Positions 17,779 to 27,600 of a stretch of DNA of 64,000 nucleotides are shown here, piece after piece. Each line of letters begins with the position of its first letter. Positions within the stretch are counted from its first letter, which is position 1. Position numbers and translations under genes: made by a program. Location of the stretch: positions 17,849 through 81,848 of IMG/VR virus record IMGVR_UViG_3300020045_002401. One strand, written 5' to 3'. Under the pieces are notes generated by a model, which was given only the letters and a program-made list of their open reading frames with translations, was not told where the DNA came from and made no database searches. The DNA comes from a virus. Its lineage: Duplodnaviria > Caudoviricetes.

Positions 17779-20325
17779 ATGACTGATAATATTATACCAC
17801 CAAATGATACACCAGGTAAATTTAGAGTACCTGCACAAGTAGCTTTAGATGCTAAATCCCAAATAGCAACTACAGCTGCTCTTATAAATTTAGGCTTAAA
17901 TGATAATTTAGCTTATGAATATTTTAACGGTTTAGTTATAAAAGTTACTGATGATTTAAGTTCTTGGGAATGGCGAGAAGCTGTTAATCCTTTAGAAGTT
18001 GGATTAAGACCTACACATTTTTTATACCCTCCTAATCATATAGTAGATGGGATAGATTATTCTAATAAACTTTATAACTTTTTTGAACCTATTAGTACTG
18101 CTGAACTTTCTACTAATAAAGTAGATAAAGAAATTGGTAAATCTCTTGTTTTAGATACAGAAATAACTAAATTATCTCATTTAGATGATACTACTGATTT
18201 ACAAAAGCCTGTATCAATTGCTCAACAATTAGCTATTGATACTGCTATTCAAGCTCAAATTACAGATAGTACTATTATTAATGGAGTTACTACAACCTCT
18301 CCAGAACCTGATATTTTGTTAGGTAATGTACATGCTTTAGGTGTTGGAGAAGGTACTTATCCTAATTGGGGAGGAATGGTTATTCCTGCAAATAATTTTG
18401 GAACTCTTCAAAGAGTTGCAGGTGTTTATTCTGTTAGTTTGACGGAGATTATTTTAACAGAATATGCAAAAACTGATTATGTAAATTATTTTATAGCAGG
18501 AAATACAGATATAAAAGTAAACGGAAATGATGTTATAATATCTCCTTTTACGTTTTTATACACAGGAAAAACAAGAATAATAATTACGGCTGGAACTTAT
18601 TCATTACCTGACACTCATAGTTTTTTAGTTTGTGACATTGATGGCGCGGTTAGTGTAAAGGCTTATACTGATACTGATATTTATTCTCATTTTGTAATTG
18701 CTTGTTCTGACCCCGCTGGAGTTATAACCATTAATACATTGCAGCATCAAGACGTCATAAACAAAGAGTTGATAGTTCGTTTAGATTATGCCAATGGAAA
18801 CAATTACATTGAGTTTACGCAAAATGGTGTGTATGATGTTGACGGAAATGTAACAGGGGCTTATGGTGGATTTTATAAAGAAAAAACCATTACAGAAATT
18901 GGACTTTACAGGATTGGTTGGTCATTAGGTGGAGCTGTTAGATACATACACGCTGTTGATGTTTCTAATGTTATTCTGAAATCTTGGAGTGGAGATTATT
19001 TTTCAGATGATTATAATAAACTTATTGATGTACCAATTGGTGCTACTAAGTTATTACTTTCATCTTATGGAGATAATCCTAAAAACGGTTATCTAATAAA
19101 AGAAGATAAGGCTAATTTAGATAAATTCGGATACATTACTGAAAACAAAGTTAAAGAAATAACACAATCCTCTATTCCAAATAATACTATTCCTTATATT
19201 GAAATTCAAGGTAATGTTTGGGAAGATGGTGCTTGGAGAAACGCAGAAACAGAAAATACAATTTCAAGAGTATATACTATTTCTGATTCTGAATCATATT
19301 ATATGTTTTACAATCCTAGTATATATTACAGTCAAGCCTTTTCTTCACTTGAAATAAATAAGCAATTAGCTACCCTTGAGAATTTTGGCGGTATTTCTTT
19401 AAACGGTACGCTAACTAATAATTTAGAATCGGAACTTGATTCTGTTACTGTAAATAGTTATACAATGGGTAGAAAAACAATAACAAGTTTTACCCCGCCA
19501 GCAGGCTCAAAAAGACTTATAGTTTTATATAAAAATGTAGGAACCCTTTTAGATGATATTAGAATTTACAGAAGCTATGGAAATAATGGGACTTTAGCAC
19601 AAAACCCAAATGCAGGAAAAAAAATAGTTGTGTGCGGGGATAGTGTAGCTCAAAATATCGAAACAGAAAGAGGCAAGGAAAGATTAAGAGATTCTCTTGG
19701 TTGTAAGGTTGATACTTATGCTGTTGGAGGTGCTGGGTGGTCAATAAATGCAACACCTTCTTGGGTTACAGCTCAAAATGTTTCAGGTGTTATGCAAGTA
19801 GAAGAATTGGTAAAACCAGCTTCTGAAACTTATGATATATATTGTCTTTCAGCAACTTTAAATGACCCAATAACACATAATAAACCGATAGGAGATTTTG
19901 ATTACTGTAAACCTTATCTTTTAGATGGCTCTGACCCTGATTTTACAGACCCTAATTTAGACACGATGATAGGTGCTTTAAATTTCTCTATTCAAAGAAT
20001 CTATGAGAAGAACTCTAATGCTAAAATAGTAATAGGAACAATGAACAAATGTTTTTTGACTATTCCAACAAGTGGATTTGGATTAGCTGCTGGATATGAT
20101 CCTGACGACACAACTACAAATACAAGCGGAAGTACTTATTTTGAGTATATTCAAGCTATTAGAAAGTTAGGAGAAATATGGGGAATTCCTATCGTAGAAA
20201 TTTATAAAAAAGCAGGAATTAACGAGTATAATAAAACAGTTAAAATGTTAGATAGTTATCACCCAACTGAAAAAGGATATGAGGGTATTTGGGGGTTATG
20301 GTATGAAGCTATTTTAAATTGTTAA
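17779..20325 (+). CDS. Tail fibre/spike-like protein with C-terminal SGNH (GDSL) hydrolase domain
   Basis: KVDKEIGKSL virion-protein-like repeat; KIVVCGDS (block I), ATLND (block III), DSYHP (block V). Confidence 0.75.
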   Translation: MTDNIIPPNDTPGKFRVPAQVALDAKSQIATTAALINLGLNDNLAYEYFNGLVIKVTDDLSSWEWREAVNPLEVGLRPTHFLYPPNHIVDGIDYSNKLYNFFEPISTAELSTNKVDKEIGKSLVLDTEITKLSHLDDTTDLQKPVSIAQQLAIDTAIQAQITDSTIINGVTTTSPEPDILLGNVHALGVGEGTYPNWGGMVIPANNFGTLQRVAGVYSVSLTEIILTEYAKTDYVNYFIAGNTDIKVNGNDVIISPFTFLYTGKTRIIITAGTYSLPDTHSFLVCDIDGAVSVKAYTDTDIYSHFVIACSDPAGVITINTLQHQDVINKELIVRLDYANGNNYIEFTQNGVYDVDGNVTGAYGGFYKEKTITEIGLYRIGWSLGGAVRYIHAVDVSNVILKSWSGDYFSDDYNKLIDVPIGATKLLLSSYGDNPKNGYLIKEDKANLDKFGYITENKVKEITQSSIPNNTIPYIEIQGNVWEDGAWRNAETENTISRVYTISDSESYYMFYNPSIYYSQAFSSLEINKQLATLENFGGISLNGTLTNNLESELDSVTVNSYTMGRKTITSFTPPAGSKRLIVLYKNVGTLLDDIRIYRSYGNNGTLAQNPNAGKKIVVCGDSVAQNIETERGKERLRDSLGCKVDTYAVGGAGWSINATPSWVTAQNVSGVMQVEELVKPASETYDIYCLSATLNDPITHNKPIGDFDYCKPYLLDGSDPDFTDPNLDTMIGALNFSIQRIYEKNSNAKIVIGTMNKCFLTIPTSGFGLAAGYDPDDTTTNTSGSTYFEYIQAIRKLGEIWGIPIVEIYKKAGINEYNKTVKMLDSYHPTEKGYEGIWGLWYEAILNC

Positions 20326-20470
20326 ATTATGAATATAAAAAATATATACAAGAGTTAGAACAATTCTTGTATTGACTAATAATTAATAATAAATAATAAA
20401 TATAAAAATGAAAAAACAAATTTTAGACTTATGGGCTATAGATAAAAAGAAGCCTAATTAGTTTTAATAT

Positions 20471-20512
20471 ACCTATAAGTATAGATAATATACTTATAGG
20501 TCTATTTTATTT
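20471..20512 (+). terminator. Hairpin/terminator after the tail protein
   Basis: ACCTATAAGTATA-GATAA-TATACTTATAGGT, 13-bp perfect stem, then T-rich sequence. Confidence 0.65.
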
Positions 20513-20540
20513 TATTAATCAATTAACAATATTAAATTAT

Positions 20541-21029
20541 ATGACTTCTAATACCCCACATCAAGAGAGTTTATTACTATTAATTAAAAATGCTTTATTA
20601 TATTTTGTTAAAGATATTTATTTATGTACTGTTGGAATAAGTACTACTTTTATTGGTTACCTTTTTCCTATACGTAATATTGTACATTTAATGATAGGTT
20701 TTTTTATATTAGATGTATTATTTGGTTACTGGTCAGCAAGAGTAGTAAAAAAACAAAAATTTTCTGTTAAAATTATATGGGAACATACTGTTCCTAGAAT
20801 GACAATTGCTATAGTATTAATTATATGTACTTTTATGTGGGATAAAGAATATCACCAAGATTATATATCTACACATAAAATTGTAGGTTGGTTTATATCT
20901 GGAGTATTATTAGCTTCTATAATTGATAATGGATATAAAATTACTAAATGGAATGCTTTTCCTCAATTAAGTAAACTTATTAAAGAAAAAACAAAAGAAA
21001 AAACTGGATTAGATATAGAATCCGATTAA
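20541..21029 (+). CDS. Putative holin
   Basis: 162 aa, multiple transmembrane segments, basic C-terminus, directly upstream of the endolysin. Confidence 0.7.
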   Translation: MTSNTPHQESLLLLIKNALLYFVKDIYLCTVGISTTFIGYLFPIRNIVHLMIGFFILDVLFGYWSARVVKKQKFSVKIIWEHTVPRMTIAIVLIICTFMWDKEYHQDYISTHKIVGWFISGVLLASIIDNGYKITKWNAFPQLSKLIKEKTKEKTGLDIESD

Positions 21030-21048
21030 TTAATTAAAAAATTAATAA

Positions 21049-21663
21049 ATGATAGATAAAAAAGAAACGTTTACTGAAATACGAAAAGAATTTGGTAAAC
21101 TTAATCAAAAACAAGTAGAAGGTTTTGATGCCATATTTGATGCTTGGGATGAAACTGAGTATACTGATATACGTTGGTTAGCTTATATGCTTGCTACTCC
21201 TTGGCATGAAACAGGTACTACTATGCAAGCTATTGAAGAATGGGGTAAAGGTAAAGGTAAACCTTACGGTAAACAATTAAAGTATGCTAAGGATAAAAAA
21301 GGTAAGCATATACCCTATACAGACACGAAAGCTCTCTTCTATGGGCGAGGTTTGGTTCAATTGACTTGGTATGAATTATATAAATTAATGGGAGAAATAT
21401 TAGGTATAGATTTATTAAATCATCCTGAATTAGCTTTAGATTTAAATATAGCTATATTAATTATGTTTGAAGGTATGCTTAAAGCTGATTCTAATATTGG
21501 AGATTTTACTGGTAAATGTCTTGAACATTATTTTAATTCTACAGTTAATGACCCTATTGGAGCAAGAAAGATAATTAATGGCTCTGATAAAGCTGAACTT
21601 ATTGCTTCTTATCACACTAAATTTTTACGTTGTATAACACTTAAAACAAATAACATAACATGA
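21049..21663 (+). CDS. Endolysin, glycoside hydrolase family 19-like
   Basis: YMLAT-WHET, FYGRGLVQLTW, DLLNHPELA, ARKIING motifs. Confidence 0.85.
   Translation: MIDKKETFTEIRKEFGKLNQKQVEGFDAIFDAWDETEYTDIRWLAYMLATPWHETGTTMQAIEEWGKGKGKPYGKQLKYAKDKKGKHIPYTDTKALFYGRGLVQLTWYELYKLMGEILGIDLLNHPELALDLNIAILIMFEGMLKADSNIGDFTGKCLEHYFNSTVNDPIGARKIINGSDKAELIASYHTKFLRCITLKTNNIT
21326..21347 (+). repeat. Dispersed motif copy, 2 bp short (CGAAAGCTCTCTTCTATGGGCG)
   Basis: Inside the endolysin; overlaps conserved FYGRG codons, so partly protein-constrained. Confidence 0.55.
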
Positions 21664-22247
21664 AATATATTTTAATCTTAATTACCTTTCTTCTTATAAG
21701 TTGTGGTAGTACAAAAAATAAACAATCTTCTAGTATTAAAAAAGATACTCTTTCTATAAGTAATATTAATATTAATACTGATATTGTAGATAAAACTAAT
21801 ATTAAAAATACTACTTCTGTAACTAAAAAAGATACTATTACTACAAATAATAGTATTATTACTGATGAAACAAATATTAGTGTTAGTCCTACAGACTCTA
21901 CTAAACCTACTATATTAGAAGATTCTAAAGGTAATAAATATATAGTAACTAATGGTACAATAAATATAAATAAAAAAAATAAAAAAGAAACTAGTCAAAT
22001 TAAAGCTGGGTCTATTACTACTAATAATACTGAGCATACTGATAAATCTACTAAAACAGATAACTCTTCTGCTATAATTAATACAGAAAATAAAGGTAGT
22101 TCTGTAGAAAATAATAAAAATAAATTTAAACGTAATTGGAACTTATTTCCTTTATTTCTTATTTTAGTAGTTGGTACTATTATATATTTTAAACCATTTT
22201 TTAAGAGGATTTGGGGTATTGTTAAGTTATGGTTTTTTAAGTTTTAA
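21660..22247 (+). CDS. Putative unimolecular spanin
   Basis: Lipobox LIS-C15 signal, T/N/S/K-rich middle, C-terminal transmembrane LFPLFLILVVGTIIYF; third gene of the lysis cassette. Confidence 0.65.
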   Translation: MKYILILITFLLISCGSTKNKQSSSIKKDTLSISNININTDIVDKTNIKNTTSVTKKDTITTNNSIITDETNISVSPTDSTKPTILEDSKGNKYIVTNGTININKKNKKETSQIKAGSITTNNTEHTDKSTKTDNSSAIINTENKGSSVENNKNKFKRNWNLFPLFLILVVGTIIYFKPFFKRIWGIVKLWFFKF

Positions 22248-22278
22248 ATATCTTATTACAGTTGTTAATTCTATTACT

Positions 22279-22304
22279 AATCCCTCTCAATGAGGGATTT
22301 TTTA
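22279..22304 (+). terminator. Rho-independent terminator after the lysis cassette
   Basis: AATCCCTC-TCAAT-GAGGGATT followed by a T run. Confidence 0.75.
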
Positions 22305-22508
22305 TGTCCAAACTATACTCAAATACCCCGAAAATTCAGCAAAATCAGGGCATCCTGTGTCTTAAATTTCGTATCCATCCAAATACCTTATACGCAAAAA
22401 TATTCGATTTAAAGCCTTAATTTAGCTTAATTTTTATATATTGTAGAGATTAAGTTTTACTTATATATATATAGGTATAAAAACAATAACTTTTAATATA
22501 TATACTAG

Positions 22509-23249
22509 ATGCAATCATTAAATGCAATATCGGAAAATATATCCTATCAATTAGGTGACCAATTTAATTCCACACTTAAAGAAAGTATTAAAGATACACT
22601 TATAATATATCGTTCTAAGTTCCTTAGAGATAGTGATATTAGGAATTTTGATGATATGACTGCTTTTGCTCAACAGTTAGCTGTTCCACTTATTAAAGTA
22701 GATTTATATACAGAATTAGGTGCAGGTGTTGCTAAACAAGCTATTTCTTTTATTACTATTGAGATTCCTAAAGAACAAACTTTTATGGTACTTAGAACTA
22801 AAGAAAAAGTACCTATGCCATATAGAAATCATTTAATGCATAGAGAACCTTTTAGATTTATTGGCGCATTTGATGGTAGTACTATGTTTCATTATACTAC
22901 ATTAGCTACATTAAGATATGACGCTATATTACCTAATAGACAAAATATTATATTTTATATTTATATAAAAGGATATATATATATTATTAATAATTTACGA
23001 TGTAAAGATATTACAAATTCATTAGATATAAAAGAACTTTTTATACAAAGTATTTTTGATGACCCTAGATTAGCTTATAAAATATGTGATGACCCTTCTA
23101 CTTTTATAGATGATAGACCTTTTCCTATGTCTAATGATTTACTTACTTTTATATATAGTTTAGTTAAGAAAGGTGAATTTATTCCGGGATATAGTACTAA
23201 AGACGGGCAAACTATTAATTTAAAACTAGATAGACAAGATGATAAATAA
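22509..23249 (+). CDS. Putative tail ring/structural protein
   Basis: 246 aa, first gene after the lysis terminator; crAss-like synteny before IHF-like, tail tube and muzzle genes. Confidence 0.55.
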   Translation: MQSLNAISENISYQLGDQFNSTLKESIKDTLIIYRSKFLRDSDIRNFDDMTAFAQQLAVPLIKVDLYTELGAGVAKQAISFITIEIPKEQTFMVLRTKEKVPMPYRNHLMHREPFRFIGAFDGSTMFHYTTLATLRYDAILPNRQNIIFYIYIKGYIYIINNLRCKDITNSLDIKELFIQSIFDDPRLAYKICDDPSTFIDDRPFPMSNDLLTFIYSLVKKGEFIPGYSTKDGQTINLKLDRQDDK

Positions 23250-24015
23250 TGCTACTATGTATGGTTTTTATAAAGAAACATTAACATACAAAGCTGATAC
23301 TATTAATAACTCTTGTGTTATTACTCCTTTAGAAGAAGAATTAATGCTTGAATTATTTAACGATATTAAAAGCTTTCATCCTGAATATAAAGATAGAACT
23401 TCTATAGTAAATTTTACTACTGATGAGATTAAAAATTTAAGAATTAGTCCTTCTCAAAGTTTATTTGTAACTAATTATGTTACAGCATATAAAACTATAA
23501 GAGATAATAAAATTAAAGCTAAAGAAGTTGCTAAAATAAGACTTACTTTAACTCAATTTAGTTTTATATTAGCTACTTTTAATAAATTATTATGGAAAGC
23601 TATAATAGACGAAGCTTATATGTTTAAGTATAGTTTAATTGGACGTATTCATGCTGTTTGTAGACAAAATGCCTCTTGTAAACCTAAAATGAATTGGCAA
23701 GCTTCTCTTAATAATAGAAAAGCTATATTAAATAAAGGCGGTATTCCTAGAGTAGAACTGGATGCCCGTAGAGCAGAATTTTATAACGAACAGTATGAAG
23801 GTGAAAGATGGATAGAAAAACATGAACCTTTTAATGTATCTATTATATGGAAAAGAACAGCTTATTCTGTAGGTCAAATACCAAATAGTAGAGATTTTGC
23901 TATGAAACTTGTTAAATCTAATTCCGGTGATGGAGTAATAGAAGCTCTTAAACAAGAAAGAGATAATAATAGATTAGATGATTTAATAATTAAATATAAA
24001 CGTAACCATGGTTAA
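23239..24015 (+). CDS. Putative IHF-like DNA-binding protein of the tail module
   Basis: IIDEAYMFKYSLIGRI...KMNWQAS segment; matches the position of crAss-like IHF genes. Confidence 0.45.
   Translation: MINNATMYGFYKETLTYKADTINNSCVITPLEEELMLELFNDIKSFHPEYKDRTSIVNFTTDEIKNLRISPSQSLFVTNYVTAYKTIRDNKIKAKEVAKIRLTLTQFSFILATFNKLLWKAIIDEAYMFKYSLIGRIHAVCRQNASCKPKMNWQASLNNRKAILNKGGIPRVELDARRAEFYNEQYEGERWIEKHEPFNVSIIWKRTAYSVGQIPNSRDFAMKLVKSNSGDGVIEALKQERDNNRLDDLIIKYKRNHG
23763..23788 (-). repeat. Dispersed motif copy, 2 bp long (CGTTATAAAATTCTGCTCTACGGGCA)
   Basis: Core CTACGGGCA intact, antisense in a CDS. Confidence 0.6.
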
Positions 24016-24676
24016 TGTTATAGAAATAGAAAATTTAGAAGCTAAATTTATTCGTGAATTTGGTATTAAAAACTTATCTTATGTAATAGATTTAGAAGTA
24101 TGGGCTAGAGAGGGAATATATGATATGAGAATACCTAATTTTTATCAAGTTAAAGATAAAGAACTTACTATTGTTAATGGTAGAGCAAAAATAGGTTGTG
24201 CTTCTGATATGTTAATTGGTGCTTATTTCTATACGGATAACACGAACAACTTCTCTACTACGGGCAGTTATGAACTACTTATTAGAAATGATAATAGTCT
24301 AGGTTCTGTAGGATTACCTTGTGCTGGTAATATATACGCAAGTATAGCTAATGGTTATATACACGTTAAACAAGAATCTGGATATATTCGTTTATTTTAT
24401 AAAGATGTACCTACTGATTGTAATGGTAAAACTTTAGTTCCTAGTAATTCTAAAGTTCAAAGAGCTCTTATGTATTACTTTATATATAGAATGGCTTTAT
24501 CAGGTCATGTACATCCTGTTATTGATTTTCAAACAGCTTTACAATTATGGGAAAAAGAATACCCTGCTGCTGGTAATGATGCTTCTTGGTTTACTGAACA
24601 AGAATTACAAGCTTTTACAGAAATGTGGACTAATCCATTACTTGGAGATTTACATAGAAACAATTATATACATTAA
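24008..24676 (+). CDS. Tail tubular/ring protein-like
   Basis: 222 aa directly upstream of the large muzzle-like gene. Confidence 0.55.
   Translation: MVNVIEIENLEAKFIREFGIKNLSYVIDLEVWAREGIYDMRIPNFYQVKDKELTIVNGRAKIGCASDMLIGAYFYTDNTNNFSTTGSYELLIRNDNSLGSVGLPCAGNIYASIANGYIHVKQESGYIRLFYKDVPTDCNGKTLVPSNSKVQRALMYYFIYRMALSGHVHPVIDFQTALQLWEKEYPAAGNDASWFTEQELQAFTEMWTNPLLGDLHRNNYIH
24243..24266 (+). repeat. Dispersed motif copy (CGAACAACTTCTCTACTACGGGCA)
   Basis: Exact spacing; inside a CDS. Confidence 0.9.
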
Positions 24677-24681
24677 TAAAT

Positions 24682-27600
24682 ATGGAAAACTTTGAAGGAA
24701 TGGTACGAAGTACTACCAGAGATAAAAATCCTCCAAATACTTGGGAATTTGCCCGTAATATTTTATTATCTAAAAGTAAAACTAATATAGTAAATGAAGA
24801 TGGTTTTGATTATATACATCCTATTCCCGGTGACTTTATTGGTAAAATAGAAACAAATGAAGAGATTATTTACTTTAGTGTAGATGGTCTCTTTTCCTGT
24901 ATAGGATACTATAAAACTAATCTATTAGGTAGTACTTATATACCTGTAATTAGAAGTATTCATTTAGGTTTTAAACTTAATAGGCCTATAGAGGGTATTT
25001 CTTTTTATAACTATAAAAAAGAACTTATTATTTTATTTTGTGATGGTGTTTTTCTAGATAGTAATACACCTAAATTAATTAATGTTACTAATATAGGTGT
25101 AGATTTAGATGTTAATTTAGAATTAGTGGATTCGGCTGATTTAGGTCAACTTGAATTATATAATCAAATTTTAAATGCTGATATTGATACTACCTATTTA
25201 GATAATGGTACTTTAGAAGCTGATGTTGCTTATATTACTTATGCTTATGTATTACCTGATGGAGTATCAACTACTGCTTATTTACCTTTAATTGAAGTAT
25301 CTTATCCTACTACAGGATTTAGACAAGATTTAAAAAGAAATTTACAAATAGATTTTACAAGATTAGACCCTACATATAATAAACTTAAAATAGGGTTAGT
25401 AATTAAAAGTAATGATGGTATATTTGGATATGAAAGCTCTATTAGAAGTTATACAGGAACAGACTATTCTACTATTGTATCTACCTTATCTGCTTTTACT
25501 TCTGTTGCTGCTGATTCTTTGATTATACCTGTAGCTGTTTATAATAGAATTAGAACAATATCTACTGTTAATTCACAAGTAGTAATAGGTAATTTAGTAG
25601 GACAAGAAGAATTTCCTTTTCAAAAATATGCTAATATGCTAGAATTAGGATTAAGATATGATATAAGAAATGAGAAAGAACATACTAATCCTATATTATG
25701 TCCTGATGATGTATATGCTTTTTATATATCATTAGAATTATTAGATGGCTCTTTCACTAAAGAATTCCATATTCCTGGTGCTGTTGCAAATCCTGTTAAT
25801 AACGAACTTGTTGACTTAACTGATGCAGATTTAATTGCTTTAGGATTAAATGATTTAATAGGTACTGATACTTATAAGAGATTTAGGATATTTAATACAG
25901 GAGGTTTTCAAACGTTATCTCCTATAGGTAATCCTGTATCATCTGATATGTCTAAACTTAATTGGGGCTATTGGGAAAATCAAGAACTTTATCCTAATAG
26001 TGATGAATATAATAGTACTATTGATTATACTGGTGCTCTTTTAACTGGACAAGATTTACGAGGTACTAATATTAAATACCATAGAGTTCCAGGTTTAGAT
26101 AATCTTGTTAAAGGTTTTCCTTGTATTCTAGGTTATACAGATAGAAATAATCCTGAAATGATAGGAAGTACTGGTGCTTTTTTTCAAGGTGCTATACCAG
26201 CTTTTGCTGTAGAAGTTACTAATTTTGATACTATTATTCCTGCTGAAATAAGAAATAAAATTCAAGGGTATAAATTATCTATAGTTAAAAAAAGTCAAGG
26301 TAGTTCTCTTATTGAAGATATTAATTTTATTAAACAAGCTAGAGTAACTCATCAAGATACGGACGCAGGTATACAAGACTTTATGACTACTCCTTATATT
26401 AATGACCCTAATAGTCATAATTATAACTTTTCTCAATATGGTTTAAGTTATATAAGAAGCGTTAATCTTTCTATAAATAAATCAACTGTTATAGGTAAAC
26501 TTGTTAAAGCTAATTACGGAGTAAATAGTGCTCTTATTAGAGCTACTAGTGGTGGAGACGGTAATGAAGAAATAGATACTAAAGATTTTACTTTTATATA
26601 CGGTAATATAGGAGGAATAAGTGTATTACCTTTTAGTTCTACTGTTCTTCCTATGTATTTACGTATTCCTGATACACAAAGATTTGCTGTAATAAAAGAT
26701 GTATCTTATTTACCCGGAAATAATATACCTGCCGGTACATTATTAGGAGAAGAAACTATAGTACTTAAAGCTCATAATACTTTAGCTTTACCAGATCCAA
26801 CTAGTAGTTTACCAACTATACCTACTAGATGGAATCCTTTACTTATGGTTATTCCTGATGATTCTCTTGATAGTATTACTTTAACTATAGATGCTTTTAC
26901 GCCTAATGTAGGTTATGTGCCTTATACATATTCTACAGGAAGTACTTCTGCTTTAAATGCTATTGATGTATCTAGTACTTTTATTAATCTTCTTAAAGAT
27001 GTTTATCCTGGTTTTAAACCTAAAGATTTTATAACTATAGGTAAAGTATCATTAAGAACTATTCCTAATACTTTATCTGAAAATTTAATAAGAAATTGTG
27101 GAGATACCTTTACACATAATTTATATAATACTATTGTATCAAGGGCTGTAGGTAATGATGCTACTGGTAGAATAATATATAATCAATATGTAGCTAAAGG
27201 TATAATAAGTACTACTAATAATTCTGAAGTTTATATGACTAAAGATAGAGATTATGGGATTGCTTACGATACCTCTGATGCTTCTACTAAATTTAGTGAA
27301 ATGTTAACTTTTAATTATAATAAAACTATATTCAATTCTCCTATTTTTAATAGTTTAAATGATTTATATATAGGTATTCTATTTGATATTGATATTATAA
27401 CTATTAATTATTTCCCTTATAGAATAGCTTTTTCATTAAAAATACAATCTGAAAATCTAAGTATTAATAATGTAAGAACTTTTCTTGCTAATTCTTATAT
27501 TGATATGCTTAATGATAGAGGGGAAGTTGTAGCTTTAAGAGGTAGTAATAAAGTTCTGTATATACATCAAAAATTTAGTTTATTTACTGCTACTATTAAA

